Part shown: piece by piece, positions 6,704 through 14,801 of the stretch
Layout of the letters: every line of letters starts with the position of its first letter
How positions within the stretch are numbered: position 1 is the stretch's first letter
Origin: Sulfurimonadaceae bacterium
GTDB taxonomy: Bacteria > Campylobacterota > Campylobacteria > Campylobacterales > Sulfurimonadaceae
Assembly (NCBI GenBank): GCA_041548245.1
Contig: JBFESZ010000031.1
Coordinates: forward strand, 1 to 20,131
Length of the DNA: 20,131 nt
Direction of reading: 5' to 3'
Notes under the pieces: generated by a model
Database searches by the model: none
The model's input: only the letters and a program-made list of their open reading frames with translations
Told to the model about the DNA's origin: nothing
Position numbers and translations under genes: made by a program

Positions 6704-8241
6704 AGACGATGCCTCATCAGAAGATAAAACAGGGCATAGAAAATGTCATACACACCGACAAAAAGCCCAAGAATATCAATGCCTTGGGCATAGAACAGAG
6801 TCAAAAAAACAGTTCCCGTTATCAGGCGTGCCAAGGAGGTCAGATGGGCTAAAAGATGAGCATGTCTGTCGATGCCAACAAAGTGTAAGATACCGACAAA
6901 TCCCATAAACCCAAATACAAGATAATAGTGTACATCAAAGACAAAACCCAAAAGGGCAAAGAGGTAAGAGCCAAAAAGAAAAAGGATAAGGGCACCAATA
7001 CCATCAGAAGCAAATCCGATCAGGTGATAAAGCTGTAGCAAGGAGGGCTTAACATAGGCTGTTTTTTGGAATATGAAATAGATTAGACCCAAGACAGAGA
7101 CGATGCCAGCGATAAGACGCAGCCACCATAGCAGAGTTACATCAAGCTGTATAAGGTCTGCTTCGACAAAGCCGGCAAGACTCAGCGGTATAAAGATAAG
7201 GGCTATGATATAGAGCCAGAAGTGGGCAAACTTTTTAGGCAGTTGATAAAAATAGCTCAATATACTCAAGGCCATAAAGACGATGCCCAGTCCGATAGCG
7301 ACATGGGCATGGGCTACGATGAGGTCGTTTCTATGAAAGAGCCATCGAAGTTCGGGAATGAAAAGAATGTTACCTTCTATCATCACAAACAGAAAGGCCC
7401 AGATAGATATGACAAGGTAAGGGGTATCAGAAAGGCTGAGTTTGGCATCCCTGCACCACTTGATAAGGAGCGGTGCATAGGCAAAGGTCATCCATTGGAA
7501 GACCCACTCTTCAGCGTAAGAGAGCTCTCCCCTAAAGATACGAAGCGCTACAGAAAGGGCATAGGCACCTAAAGGAAGTATCCAGAAGATATCCCAGGCG
7601 GCGTTGAACTTCTCTTTGGCATGCAGTTTTATCATAAGATAAAACAACGGAATCATGGTGAAGCTCATTCCCAGGGTATTGTCTCCGTGCGGACCTGAAA
7701 GCGTCTTTTCAACCTGGCCATAACTCGGGTTCATCAAGACAAGAAGCGAAATTGGTGCGATAAAGATCAATGCTTTTGAAACCTTAACCCACAGTGGAGG
7801 AACGTCATACTGCCTGATGACTTTAAAGATGGCGATTATATAGAATATTCCCGAAGAAGCCAGAAGAAAATTAAGCTCATAGGCAAAGTCATAAAAAGGC
7901 AGACCTCTTTGTATTCCCAAAAGAATAGAGATAGTGGCCATAAAGAGAAAGAGGTGCCACAGTAAAAAATAGTTCCGTAGCGGGGCACCGGCCGGTTGCA
8001 AATCAAGCCTGTCTTTTGAAAAGAGTGCAAAAGGAAGGAGTGAAAGGGCAAGCATGACTGGCCCGTAGAGCATGAGTGTGATGTGCAGTGAACGGGTTCT
8101 GATGGGCTGAAGAAGCGTGTCATCAAACAGGGTGAATCCCACAAGTTGGGCGGCATAGATTACGCCAACAAGAACAGAAGCAAAAAATATCCATGCCCAG
8201 AGGGGGACAATGGAGTGAATGAGTTTATGAAAGGTGTCCAT
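6700..8241 (-). CDS. Divergent heme-copper oxidase superfamily subunit I-like protein (CcoN/NorB fold) lacking the CuB/FeB histidines
   Basis: Helix II RSLH (R50/H53), GIQRGLPFYD loop, helix VI HGDNTLGM (compare CcoN YGHNAVGF), EGNIL..FHRNDLIVAHAH (H303, H311, H313), and the terminal WLRLIAG helix. No His-His pair in helix VII. Confidence 0.8.
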   Translation of the reverse strand: MDTFHKLIHSIVPLWAWIFFASVLVGVIYAAQLVGFTLFDDTLLQPIRTRSLHITLMLYGPVMLALSLLPFALFSKDRLDLQPAGAPLRNYFLLWHLFLFMATISILLGIQRGLPFYDFAYELNFLLASSGIFYIIAIFKVIRQYDVPPLWVKVSKALIFIAPISLLVLMNPSYGQVEKTLSGPHGDNTLGMSFTMIPLFYLMIKLHAKEKFNAAWDIFWILPLGAYALSVALRIFRGELSYAEEWVFQWMTFAYAPLLIKWCRDAKLSLSDTPYLVISIWAFLFVMIEGNILFIPELRWLFHRNDLIVAHAHVAIGLGIVFMALSILSYFYQLPKKFAHFWLYIIALIFIPLSLAGFVEADLIQLDVTLLWWLRLIAGIVSVLGLIYFIFQKTAYVKPSLLQLYHLIGFASDGIGALILFLFGSYLFALLGFVFDVHYYLVFGFMGFVGILHFVGIDRHAHLLAHLTSLARLITGTVFLTLFYAQGIDILGLFVGVYDIFYALFYLLMRHRL

Positions 8242-8848
8242 CTTTCATCCTTATAGTCTGTGTTGCAAATTTTTCAATCTGTATATCATGTGAAGCGACC
8301 ACAACAGTGGTCCCATTGTTTGAAGCCTTTGCCAAAAGCTCGTAAACGATCTGTGTGTTCTTGGAGTCAAGACTTCCCGTAGGCTCATCTGCGAAGATTA
8401 TCGCAGGTTCGTTGATCAGTGCTCTTGCGAGGGCCACGCGTTGTCTCTGCCCGCCTGAGATCTCATTGGGATAACGTGAAGACAGCTCTAATATACCTAG
8501 ATCACGTAATAAGTCGTCAATGTTTGCTTTTTTCTCTTTCAAAGCAGCCAGGACAATGTTCTCATAGACACTGAGATAATTGATCAGGTAGTGAAACTGA
8601 AAGACAAAACCGATCTGGTTCTGACGAAAGCGATCTATGTCTTTTATATCTTCGATCAGCCTATTGTCCAAACGAAGCTCGCCTTTTGAAGGGTGTAACA
8701 AGGTAGACAGAATGGATAGCAGGGTCGATTTTCCGCTTCCGCTCTCTCCGCTTAAAAAGACAAACTCACCGGGATTGATCTTCAAGGAGACATCAAAGAG
8801 AACCTGTTCATTACCGTAAAGATGGGAGATGTTATTAGCCTCTATCAT
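8225..8848 (-). CDS. ABC transporter ATP-binding protein, LolD/MacB-type
   Basis: Walker [19 protein letters not shown], signature [27 protein letters not shown]-loop ASHD. Start reassigned to the ATG at 8848 (TGATG overlap with the permease stop). Confidence 0.93.
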   Translation of the reverse strand: MIEANNISHLYGNEQVLFDVSLKINPGEFVFLSGESGSGKSTLLSILSTLLHPSKGELRLDNRLIEDIKDIDRFRQNQIGFVFQFHYLINYLSVYENIVLAALKEKKANIDDLLRDLGILELSSRYPNEISGGQRQRVALARALINEPAIIFADEPTGSLDSKNTQIVYELLAKASNNGTTVVVASHDIQIEKFATQTIRMKDGHLS

Positions 8849-9921
8849 CAGGAACATCCTTGATTGATCAAAATGATAGGATCCGTCTTTGAAGCAATCC
8901 AAGCAGGTATCAGTGTACCGATAAGGGCCATACCGATGGTAGATATCAGGACATAAAAAGACGAAGAGAGGGACAAAGAACCATTGACATAGCCTTGCAA
9001 CATCTCTATATGCGGCAATGTTTCCAGTACCAACAGACTCAGTACAAGCGCAAAGAGGTAGGCTGTGAAACTCATGATAATTGTCTCAAAAAAGAGGTTC
9101 TTGATGATAAACAGACGGCTTTTACCCAGGGCTCGCATGATACCGAACTCCTCTTTTCGGGAGTTTACGATCATGCTCATCACGGAAGCGATTCCCATCA
9201 GTCCCATGGTAAAGGCCAAAGAAGAGATGACGAAAGAGGAATTCTCAATGATCTTGAACTGGTTGTATTCCTGTACAAAGCTTTGCGTTGTCTTGACGTC
9301 GGTCTCCGTATCCAAGGTGGCGATCTTTTCTTTAATCTCATCAGTGTATTTAGGCGATTGTGCGGAAACAAGAATAAAGGAAGCGGAACGGCTGAAGAGG
9401 GTACCTGCATCTTCAATGTTCATAACAACACCTCCTTCTTCAAACCCGATATCACTGGTGTATGAGCCTGATATCTTAAAACGTCGGTTCCCTATCTTGA
9501 CACTTTTGCTGCGAAGCTGTTTGGATAGGGTCCTGCCCAGAAGCACTTCACCCTGTTTCGGGTATTTCCCCTCTTGAAGTTTGTAATGAGTAAGGTGATT
9601 CTCACTCACCCCGTAGATGCCGGCGATAGGAATATGTCCTACGGGAGAAGCACCGACGATCATGGCATAGCTTGATTTGACATGTTCAATCGCATTGATG
9701 TCTTGCATCAAATCAATATTGACATTGGAGAAGAAAGTATCGGCAATACCCCGTTGCGTAATGATGATATCCCCATCCGTCTTGATCATCTTTGAATACA
9801 TCCCGATCACGCCTTGAGAGATCGAGGTGATCAAAAAAATAGCCATCACGGCAATGGTGATGGAAGAGAAGATTAAAAAGCTTTTGAATGGGTTTTTTGA
9901 TAGTGCCTTAAGAGACATCAT
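8848..9921 (-). CDS. ABC transporter permease, MacB/FtsX family
   Basis: N-terminal TM helix, large periplasmic domain (EGKYPKQGEVLLG), RKEEFGIMRALG, three C-terminal TM helices, IPAWIASKTDP. Confidence 0.92.
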   Translation of the reverse strand: MMSLKALSKNPFKSFLIFSSITIAVMAIFLITSISQGVIGMYSKMIKTDGDIIITQRGIADTFFSNVNIDLMQDINAIEHVKSSYAMIVGASPVGHIPIAGIYGVSENHLTHYKLQEGKYPKQGEVLLGRTLSKQLRSKSVKIGNRRFKISGSYTSDIGFEEGGVVMNIEDAGTLFSRSASFILVSAQSPKYTDEIKEKIATLDTETDVKTTQSFVQEYNQFKIIENSSFVISSLAFTMGLMGIASVMSMIVNSRKEEFGIMRALGKSRLFIIKNLFFETIIMSFTAYLFALVLSLLVLETLPHIEMLQGYVNGSLSLSSSFYVLISTIGMALIGTLIPAWIASKTDPIILINQGCS

Positions 9922-10388
9922 CGCTCAATGGCTGATTTCAGTTCATTAAGTGTCAAAATATAATCAATACTATCAACTTTTTCATCTTTGATGCGTAGAA
10001 TCGTCAGTTTTCCTTCTTTATGCGGTACAAAGTTCTCAAACTGGTCTTCGTAGTGAAGATAGATGGGATGTTTGTACTTTTGCATCTTTGGCAGGGCGAA
10101 CATGGTGGTGATAATGGAAGGCATTCTATTGATATCGGCAATAAAGACGGCATTATGATCGACGATATAGCTTGATTTCTTTGTGTCAAGATAGTCATTG
10201 ACCAAAGCACCGGTGTCTTTTTCAAAAGAGACAATTACGAGTTTCGTTGCTGAAGGGATCTGCATCGGATATTTGTGCTGGTTTTCGTACTTGTAGGGCT
10301 TTAGTTTGTTTAGATGTGTCCCGACACCCAGTGTTTCAGCGGCAAAGAGAGTAAATGATAAAGTCAGTATCAAAAATAGTGTTTTCAT
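9918..10388 (-). CDS. Exported thioredoxin-like-fold protein without cysteines
   Basis: Signal peptide; peroxiredoxin/TlpA-like start (LGVG..YKYENQH..KLVIVSF) and conserved-looking VFIADINRMPSIITTMFALPKM; AAGGA RBS; ATGA overlap with the permease. Confidence 0.6.
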   Translation of the reverse strand: MKTLFLILTLSFTLFAAETLGVGTHLNKLKPYKYENQHKYPMQIPSATKLVIVSFEKDTGALVNDYLDTKKSSYIVDHNAVFIADINRMPSIITTMFALPKMQKYKHPIYLHYEDQFENFVPHKEGKLTILRIKDEKVDSIDYILTLNELKSAIER

Positions 10389-10415
10389 TAATGTTTCCTT
10401 TTTAGGTGATAGACG

Positions 10416-10421
10416 ATTATA
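10416..10421 (-). promoter_or_regulatory. Candidate -10 box heading the 10388-5795 operon
   Basis: Minus strand gcTATAAT, then AAGGA and the ATG at 10388. Confidence 0.55.
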
Positions 10422-10432
10422 GCGTTTATTTA

Positions 10433-11179
10433 TTACAAAATGGTAAGGACAGGTATCTCACTTGGCGCTTTGTAACGAATCTGTACTCCCCAGTAGCCCA
10501 AACCGCGTGTGACGTATAAAAGTGTCTTGCCATGAATATATTGACCTGAAAAATAGGGCTGAAACCGTTTGACAAGTTTGTTGAAAGGGTAGACTTGTCC
10601 GGCATGCGTGTGTCCGCTTAGCTGGATGTCAATACGATAGTTGGAGGTGTGTTCAATGTCTTTTGGCTGATGGGCCAATAGAATCGTCGAGATGTTTTCA
10701 TCAAGACGAGAAAAGAGCTCATCGATCGGACGTTTTACTCCTCTGGCAAAACTGTAGCGGTCACTCAATCCGACCAGCTGTAAAGGAGTATTATTGATAT
10801 TTAAGATAGCAATACTGTTATCCAGGCATGTAATGCCGTTTTGGTTCATTTCCTTTTTGAGCATATTAGGCCCATAGACGATGTCATGATTCCCGGTGAC
10901 ATAATAGGCCGCCGCTTCCAAAGCCTTAAAGGCATGGAAGTGTTTGCGAAGACGAAAGGCAAAAGTCTGGAGAATGTCGCCCGTGAAGACGACAATATCC
11001 GGATGCAGTGCATTGATCTTTTTGACCAGGTTTTCGAGATAGTGGATATCAAAACTCTTTTTCATATGTAAGTCTGAGAGCTGCACGATACGAAGTCCCT
11101 TAAGCTCATCTGCAAAGTTGCCAGGCTGAAGTGTAATCTCTTCAAAGGGAAAATTTTTCCATCCCGTCTGCAGACTCAT
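10433..11179 (-). CDS. Calcineurin-like metallophosphoesterase (YkuE/YaeI-type)
   Basis: Motifs SDLH, TGD, GNHD, LLAHQP, SGHTHAGQ, YVTRGLG and SEI. Confidence 0.93.
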   Translation of the reverse strand: MSLQTGWKNFPFEEITLQPGNFADELKGLRIVQLSDLHMKKSFDIHYLENLVKKINALHPDIVVFTGDILQTFAFRLRKHFHAFKALEAAAYYVTGNHDIVYGPNMLKKEMNQNGITCLDNSIAILNINNTPLQLVGLSDRYSFARGVKRPIDELFSRLDENISTILLAHQPKDIEHTSNYRIDIQLSGHTHAGQVYPFNKLVKRFQPYFSGQYIHGKTLLYVTRGLGYWGVQIRYKAPSEIPVLTIL

Positions 11180-12141
11180 ACTTTGCTCCAGAGTTTTTCA
11201 TTGAGTTTCAGCTCGTGTACGATACCTATGGCAAGTTTCAAGGTCGAAATATACTCTTGTACCAGCTTATAATCAAGCAAAGAGCTGAAGACGGTAGGCT
11301 CAAAGAGGTCTTTTTTGTATTCAAGTGCGAGATATATTTGGGCGTTGTTAAAACTGACATACAGAGGTACGCTGGAGCGTTTTTTAAAGTCCAAAAGCCT
11401 TTTCATCATGGCATGCGTAAGAATATAACGCGCTTCGATCTGGTTGGTGCCGTAGACGACAAAATGTCGCTCGAAGGTCGGATCATCCATCTTGATCAAA
11501 GCTTCCTGAGAGATATTGTTACGCTGCAGCCATGAACCGATGATCTTTCCGAATAATTTTTCGGCCTTGTCGGGAAGGATGGTCGTGCGTCCTTTGAAGT
11601 CCTTGTTAAAATCAGCGATAATAAAGAGGCCTTGAAAGATCGTATGCCAAGAAGTCCTTCCTTTTGAATCTTTGCTCTTGTATTCGGCATGGACATCTGA
11701 GAACCTTAGATTGACTCCATCTATCTGACCCTTGACAAGATCATTGCCGCTGTAACGGTCTATGCGCTTTCTAAAGAGCTTTGATCGTTCAAAATGGGTC
11801 TGGGAGACACAGAGTGTTTTGCTGTATTGTAAGGAGGCATCGATCTGTTCAATGAGGGGATGGATGATATTGTCTTTAAACTCATGAGCGTAGTCTTTGC
11901 TCATGACTTTTTTGATCCATATGAAAAGTGCGAACCCGATGAAAATAGGAGCAAGATCACTCTCAGAGTGTGAATTTGAGCTGTTAAAAAAAGCATAGGT
12001 GATCCCCATAGATATGAGGGCGATTCCTATGCCGATATAGATCAGTTTTTTTGCCAGCTTCTTTCGGTCATCTTCTAGTTTTTTCAGATCGGGATGAAGT
12101 TCATTGTAAAAAAAGTTGGTCAGTTCACTGATCTTTTTCAT
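11176..12141 (-). CDS. DUF3137 domain membrane protein
   Basis: Two N-terminal TM helices; TIFQGLFIIADFNKDFKGRT, MDDPTFERHFVVYGTNQIEARYILT; located directly downstream of lemA. Confidence 0.85.
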   Translation of the reverse strand: MKKISELTNFFYNELHPDLKKLEDDRKKLAKKLIYIGIGIALISMGITYAFFNSSNSHSESDLAPIFIGFALFIWIKKVMSKDYAHEFKDNIIHPLIEQIDASLQYSKTLCVSQTHFERSKLFRKRIDRYSGNDLVKGQIDGVNLRFSDVHAEYKSKDSKGRTSWHTIFQGLFIIADFNKDFKGRTTILPDKAEKLFGKIIGSWLQRNNISQEALIKMDDPTFERHFVVYGTNQIEARYILTHAMMKRLLDFKKRSSVPLYVSFNNAQIYLALEYKKDLFEPTVFSSLLDYKLVQEYISTLKLAIGIVHELKLNEKLWSKV

Positions 12142-12152
12142 TCGATGGTAAC

Positions 12153-12707
12153 CTATCTTTCAAACAGCTCTTTGACATTGACGTTTTGACGTGCACTTTC
12201 TTCTGCTTCGAACACCGCTTTTCGTGTGTAGCGCATGAAGCTCGCCATGAAGTTTGTAGGAAACATCTCAATCGCGTTGTTGTAGTCTGTAACCGCCTGG
12301 TTATAGGCACGTCTTGCTGCAGAGATCTGTGCTTCAACTTCTGTTAAAGTACGTTGCAGGTGCATGATGTTCTCATTGGCTTTGAGATCCGGATAATTCT
12401 CCACTGCGACCATGATGGAACCGAGTGCTCCTGTCATCTGTCTGTCCAGCTCAATCTTCTTTTCATCACTCAGACCTGGTTTCATCGCCTGCGAACGCCA
12501 TTGTGTGATCTTTTCGAGAAGCTCTTTTTCATGTGACATGTATTGCTGTACGCTCGAGACTAGGTTAGGGATCAGATCATAACGTTTCTTCAGTACGGTA
12601 TCAACACTGGCAAAGATGTTTTCAACCTGGTTTTTATGCGAGACGAGGGTGTTGTACATCAAGACCAGTGCAAGTGCGACAACGCCGATAATAATCCATG
12701 CAATCAT
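12153..12707 (-). CDS. lemA: LemA family protein
   Basis: N-terminal TM helix; LKKRYDLIPNLV, VENYPDLKAN, ISAARRAYNQAVTDYN and FPTNFMA. Confidence 0.96.
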   Translation of the reverse strand: MIAWIIIGVVALALVLMYNTLVSHKNQVENIFASVDTVLKKRYDLIPNLVSSVQQYMSHEKELLEKITQWRSQAMKPGLSDEKKIELDRQMTGALGSIMVAVENYPDLKANENIMHLQRTLTEVEAQISAARRAYNQAVTDYNNAIEMFPTNFMASFMRYTRKAVFEAEESARQNVNVKELFER

Positions 12708-12735
12708 AGGAGACCTTTATGTTTAGATGTGGGTG

Positions 12736-12741
12736 ATTATA
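12736..12741 (-). promoter_or_regulatory. Candidate -10 box for lemA
   Basis: Minus strand gcgTATAAT upstream of an AAGG RBS. Confidence 0.5.
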
Positions 12742-12753
12742 CGCCTAGAAAGA

Positions 12754-13407
12754 TTAGTGAGAGATTAATACCTTGCGTTTTTCTATGAGGTTCTCTTGTT
12801 TCTTAGGGTCTTCTTCTTTATCGATTTGCAATGTCAACCAGGCAAGAATCGCTTGTTTGTAGCCATGATAGGAAAGTGTGTCAATGAGGTTTTGTATGTT
12901 CTTATTGCTGAGTTTATCTTTAATAAGAGCCGAGGCGAGTAACCTTGAAGTGATAGGCTCTATCGTGTGAATTGTATTGTTTATTGTCTCGATGTCACCG
13001 GCTAGAAGTGAAGCGGCAAAGTTTTGGTATCGTGACGGCAGGTTATCTATCTGCACGGGTGAGAGCTGATTGTTTAAGAGGTCAAAATAGGCTTTTTGAT
13101 TAGTGTCTGGATCAAGTTTCAACAACTTGGAAGCCTTTGGGCATGGATTGGGTTTTAAGATACTGATATCTGTGGCACATACACTAAGCTCGACATCGAT
13201 CAAGGTGTGTAGGGCAGCAGATCTAGAGGCTTCTTCTCTGGCATTTTTCAGGTCGCTTCTGGCACGAAGTGTGTTACCTTCCAAATAGTGTTCGATATAG
13301 GCCTTTAAAGAAGAGGTGGTTTGATATTGCCATTGGTTTTTAGGTTGTACGTAGGAGCAGCTTTGAAGGAAAAGCAAAGTGATAAAAAATAGAACAAATG
13401 TTTTCAC
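12754..13407 (-). CDS. Predicted helical lipoprotein, last gene of the MCE operon
   Basis: AAGGAG RBS, GTG start, lipobox-like LQSC, mostly helical-looking sequence. Confidence 0.7.
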   Translation of the reverse strand: MKTFVLFFITLLFLQSCSYVQPKNQWQYQTTSSLKAYIEHYLEGNTLRARSDLKNAREEASRSAALHTLIDVELSVCATDISILKPNPCPKASKLLKLDPDTNQKAYFDLLNNQLSPVQIDNLPSRYQNFAASLLAGDIETINNTIHTIEPITSRLLASALIKDKLSNKNIQNLIDTLSYHGYKQAILAWLTLQIDKEEDPKKQENLIEKRKVLISH

Positions 13408-13420
13408 AGTCTAATACTCC

Positions 13421-14356
13421 TTAAGGCAATTCGATGTTTTCTTGAGGTTTGTCCCCGAGCATGTTGTTCAGGCGCCCCGACAGTTCTGTGACTTCGTCAA
13501 GCCAGACGTTCATCTCATCTTTAAAGTAGCTGATGTCTTTTCCCGATTCACCTAGGACTTTAACCGTATCATCGATCTGAATCAGTTTAGAGCGGATGTC
13601 TTGCAGGATAAGTTCCAGTTCGCGCATATTGGTATGGGCGGGTTTGATAATCTCTTTACGTATCTCAAGGACACCTTTGTCCGTGTTTTGAACAAGAGAA
13701 CGAAGATCTTTTAAAACGACATTGAGTGTCGTCAAGGAGTGGTGAAACTCTTTCGCACTTTGGGTATCTCCGGTAAAGGTATGCAACAGATCAGGTGAAC
13801 TTGAGAGTCTGTATGAAAAGTTTTCCAAATGTTTAAGGGACATTTGAAAGCTTGCGTTTTGATCAGCCAGTGAAGCAGTGATCATATCCGCATTGCGTAC
13901 GATGTTTTGAAGTTCAACGACGACAGGCTGAATATTGGAGATAAGTTCATCGATACCATCCTTGATATGCATACGAAGAATGCTCTTTTCATTGAGCGGA
14001 GGACTTGACATGGAAGAGGTAAGTGTGATCTTTGGTTTTCCTATCAGGGGTTTTTCAAGAACAAAAAGCGCATCAGAACGCACCCACTTGGTATTATGTT
14101 CGGCAATTTTAATAAGGATAAGAACCTCACCGTTTTCGTAGAGGGAAAGCTCGTCGACCTGACCGATTTCAAAACCTGAGAAAAGTATGGGCATCCCCTC
14201 TTCGATCTCTTCGGCATTCTTGGAGACAAGCTTGTAATATATCTGTTTTTCAAAGACACCTTTTTTCTCTATTACATAAAAAAGTGAGATCAGGATAAGC
14301 ACCGAGCTTACGATGATGAAGATACCGACACTGAGGACTATCTTTCTATATGGCAC
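13421..14356 (-). CDS. mlaD: MlaD/MCE family protein with long helical C-terminal region
   Basis: N-terminal TM helix (VGIFII), MCE motif AEEIEEGMPILFSGFEIGQV..PLIG, heptad-rich C-terminus; AAGGAG RBS with GTG start. Confidence 0.88.
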   Translation of the reverse strand: MPYRKIVLSVGIFIIVSSVLILISLFYVIEKKGVFEKQIYYKLVSKNAEEIEEGMPILFSGFEIGQVDELSLYENGEVLILIKIAEHNTKWVRSDALFVLEKPLIGKPKITLTSSMSSPPLNEKSILRMHIKDGIDELISNIQPVVVELQNIVRNADMITASLADQNASFQMSLKHLENFSYRLSSSPDLLHTFTGDTQSAKEFHHSLTTLNVVLKDLRSLVQNTDKGVLEIRKEIIKPAHTNMRELELILQDIRSKLIQIDDTVKVLGESGKDISYFKDEMNVWLDEVTELSGRLNNMLGDKPQENIELP

Positions 14357-14787
14357 GAAATCTCCTTATATCGGCTTTGCTGATTTTTCAAGTCGATGAT
14401 AACTACCTGTTGATAAGGTATAAGCAAGACATCCAAGGCATCAAGTATAAAGTTGATGTTATTCTCTTCTGTCAAAAAGGAAAAAGGCTGGTCGATAACA
14501 ATTTTAGCACCTTTCTTTTCAAAAGCACGTATGAGTTGAACATAAAAGATATCTTTCTTGCTACAGACGTCATAACGCAGTGATGCTATGGAATCGAGTC
14601 CAAGCGATTGGAGTGCATCGTACGCTCTCTTCTTGGCACTTTTGCGGCTGAGGTGCTCGTGTACCTGTGTAATCAGCATAATGTTCTCTATCATGCTCAA
14701 GTTGGAGAGCAGTGGAGTTGATTTTGATACCAAAGCATACTCTTCATTCAAATAGGCATCCTCTTTGTAAAGATTAAGCTCATGCAC
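14338..14787 (-). CDS. Truncated, degenerate ABC ATPase-like protein in the MlaF position (start possibly ATT at 14823)
   Basis: PLLSNLSMIENIML, LQSLGL, CSKKDIFYVQLIRA (eroded signature) and IVIDQPF (Walker B/D-loop with E to Q). No Walker A. Confidence 0.72.
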   Translation of the reverse strand: MHELNLYKEDAYLNEEYALVSKSTPLLSNLSMIENIMLITQVHEHLSRKSAKKRAYDALQSLGLDSIASLRYDVCSKKDIFYVQLIRAFEKKGAKIVIDQPFSFLTEENNINFILDALDVLLIPYQQVVIIDLKNQQSRYKEISCHIER

Positions 14788-14801
14788 ACCGGAAAAGAGT
14801 T

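Noticed and set aside
6700-8241. Calling the gene ccoN or norB
   Set aside because: The CuB/FeB histidines are missing and no partner subunits are encoded alongside.
8849-8902. N-terminal extension of the ABC ATPase in the ORF track
   Set aside because: It overlaps the permease; the ATG at 8848 gives a normal N-terminus with a TGATG junction.
8995-9577. Long plus-strand ORFs (156 and 170 aa) and similar short alternative ORFs across the window
   Set aside because: Shadow frames of well-supported genes, with no recognisable motifs.
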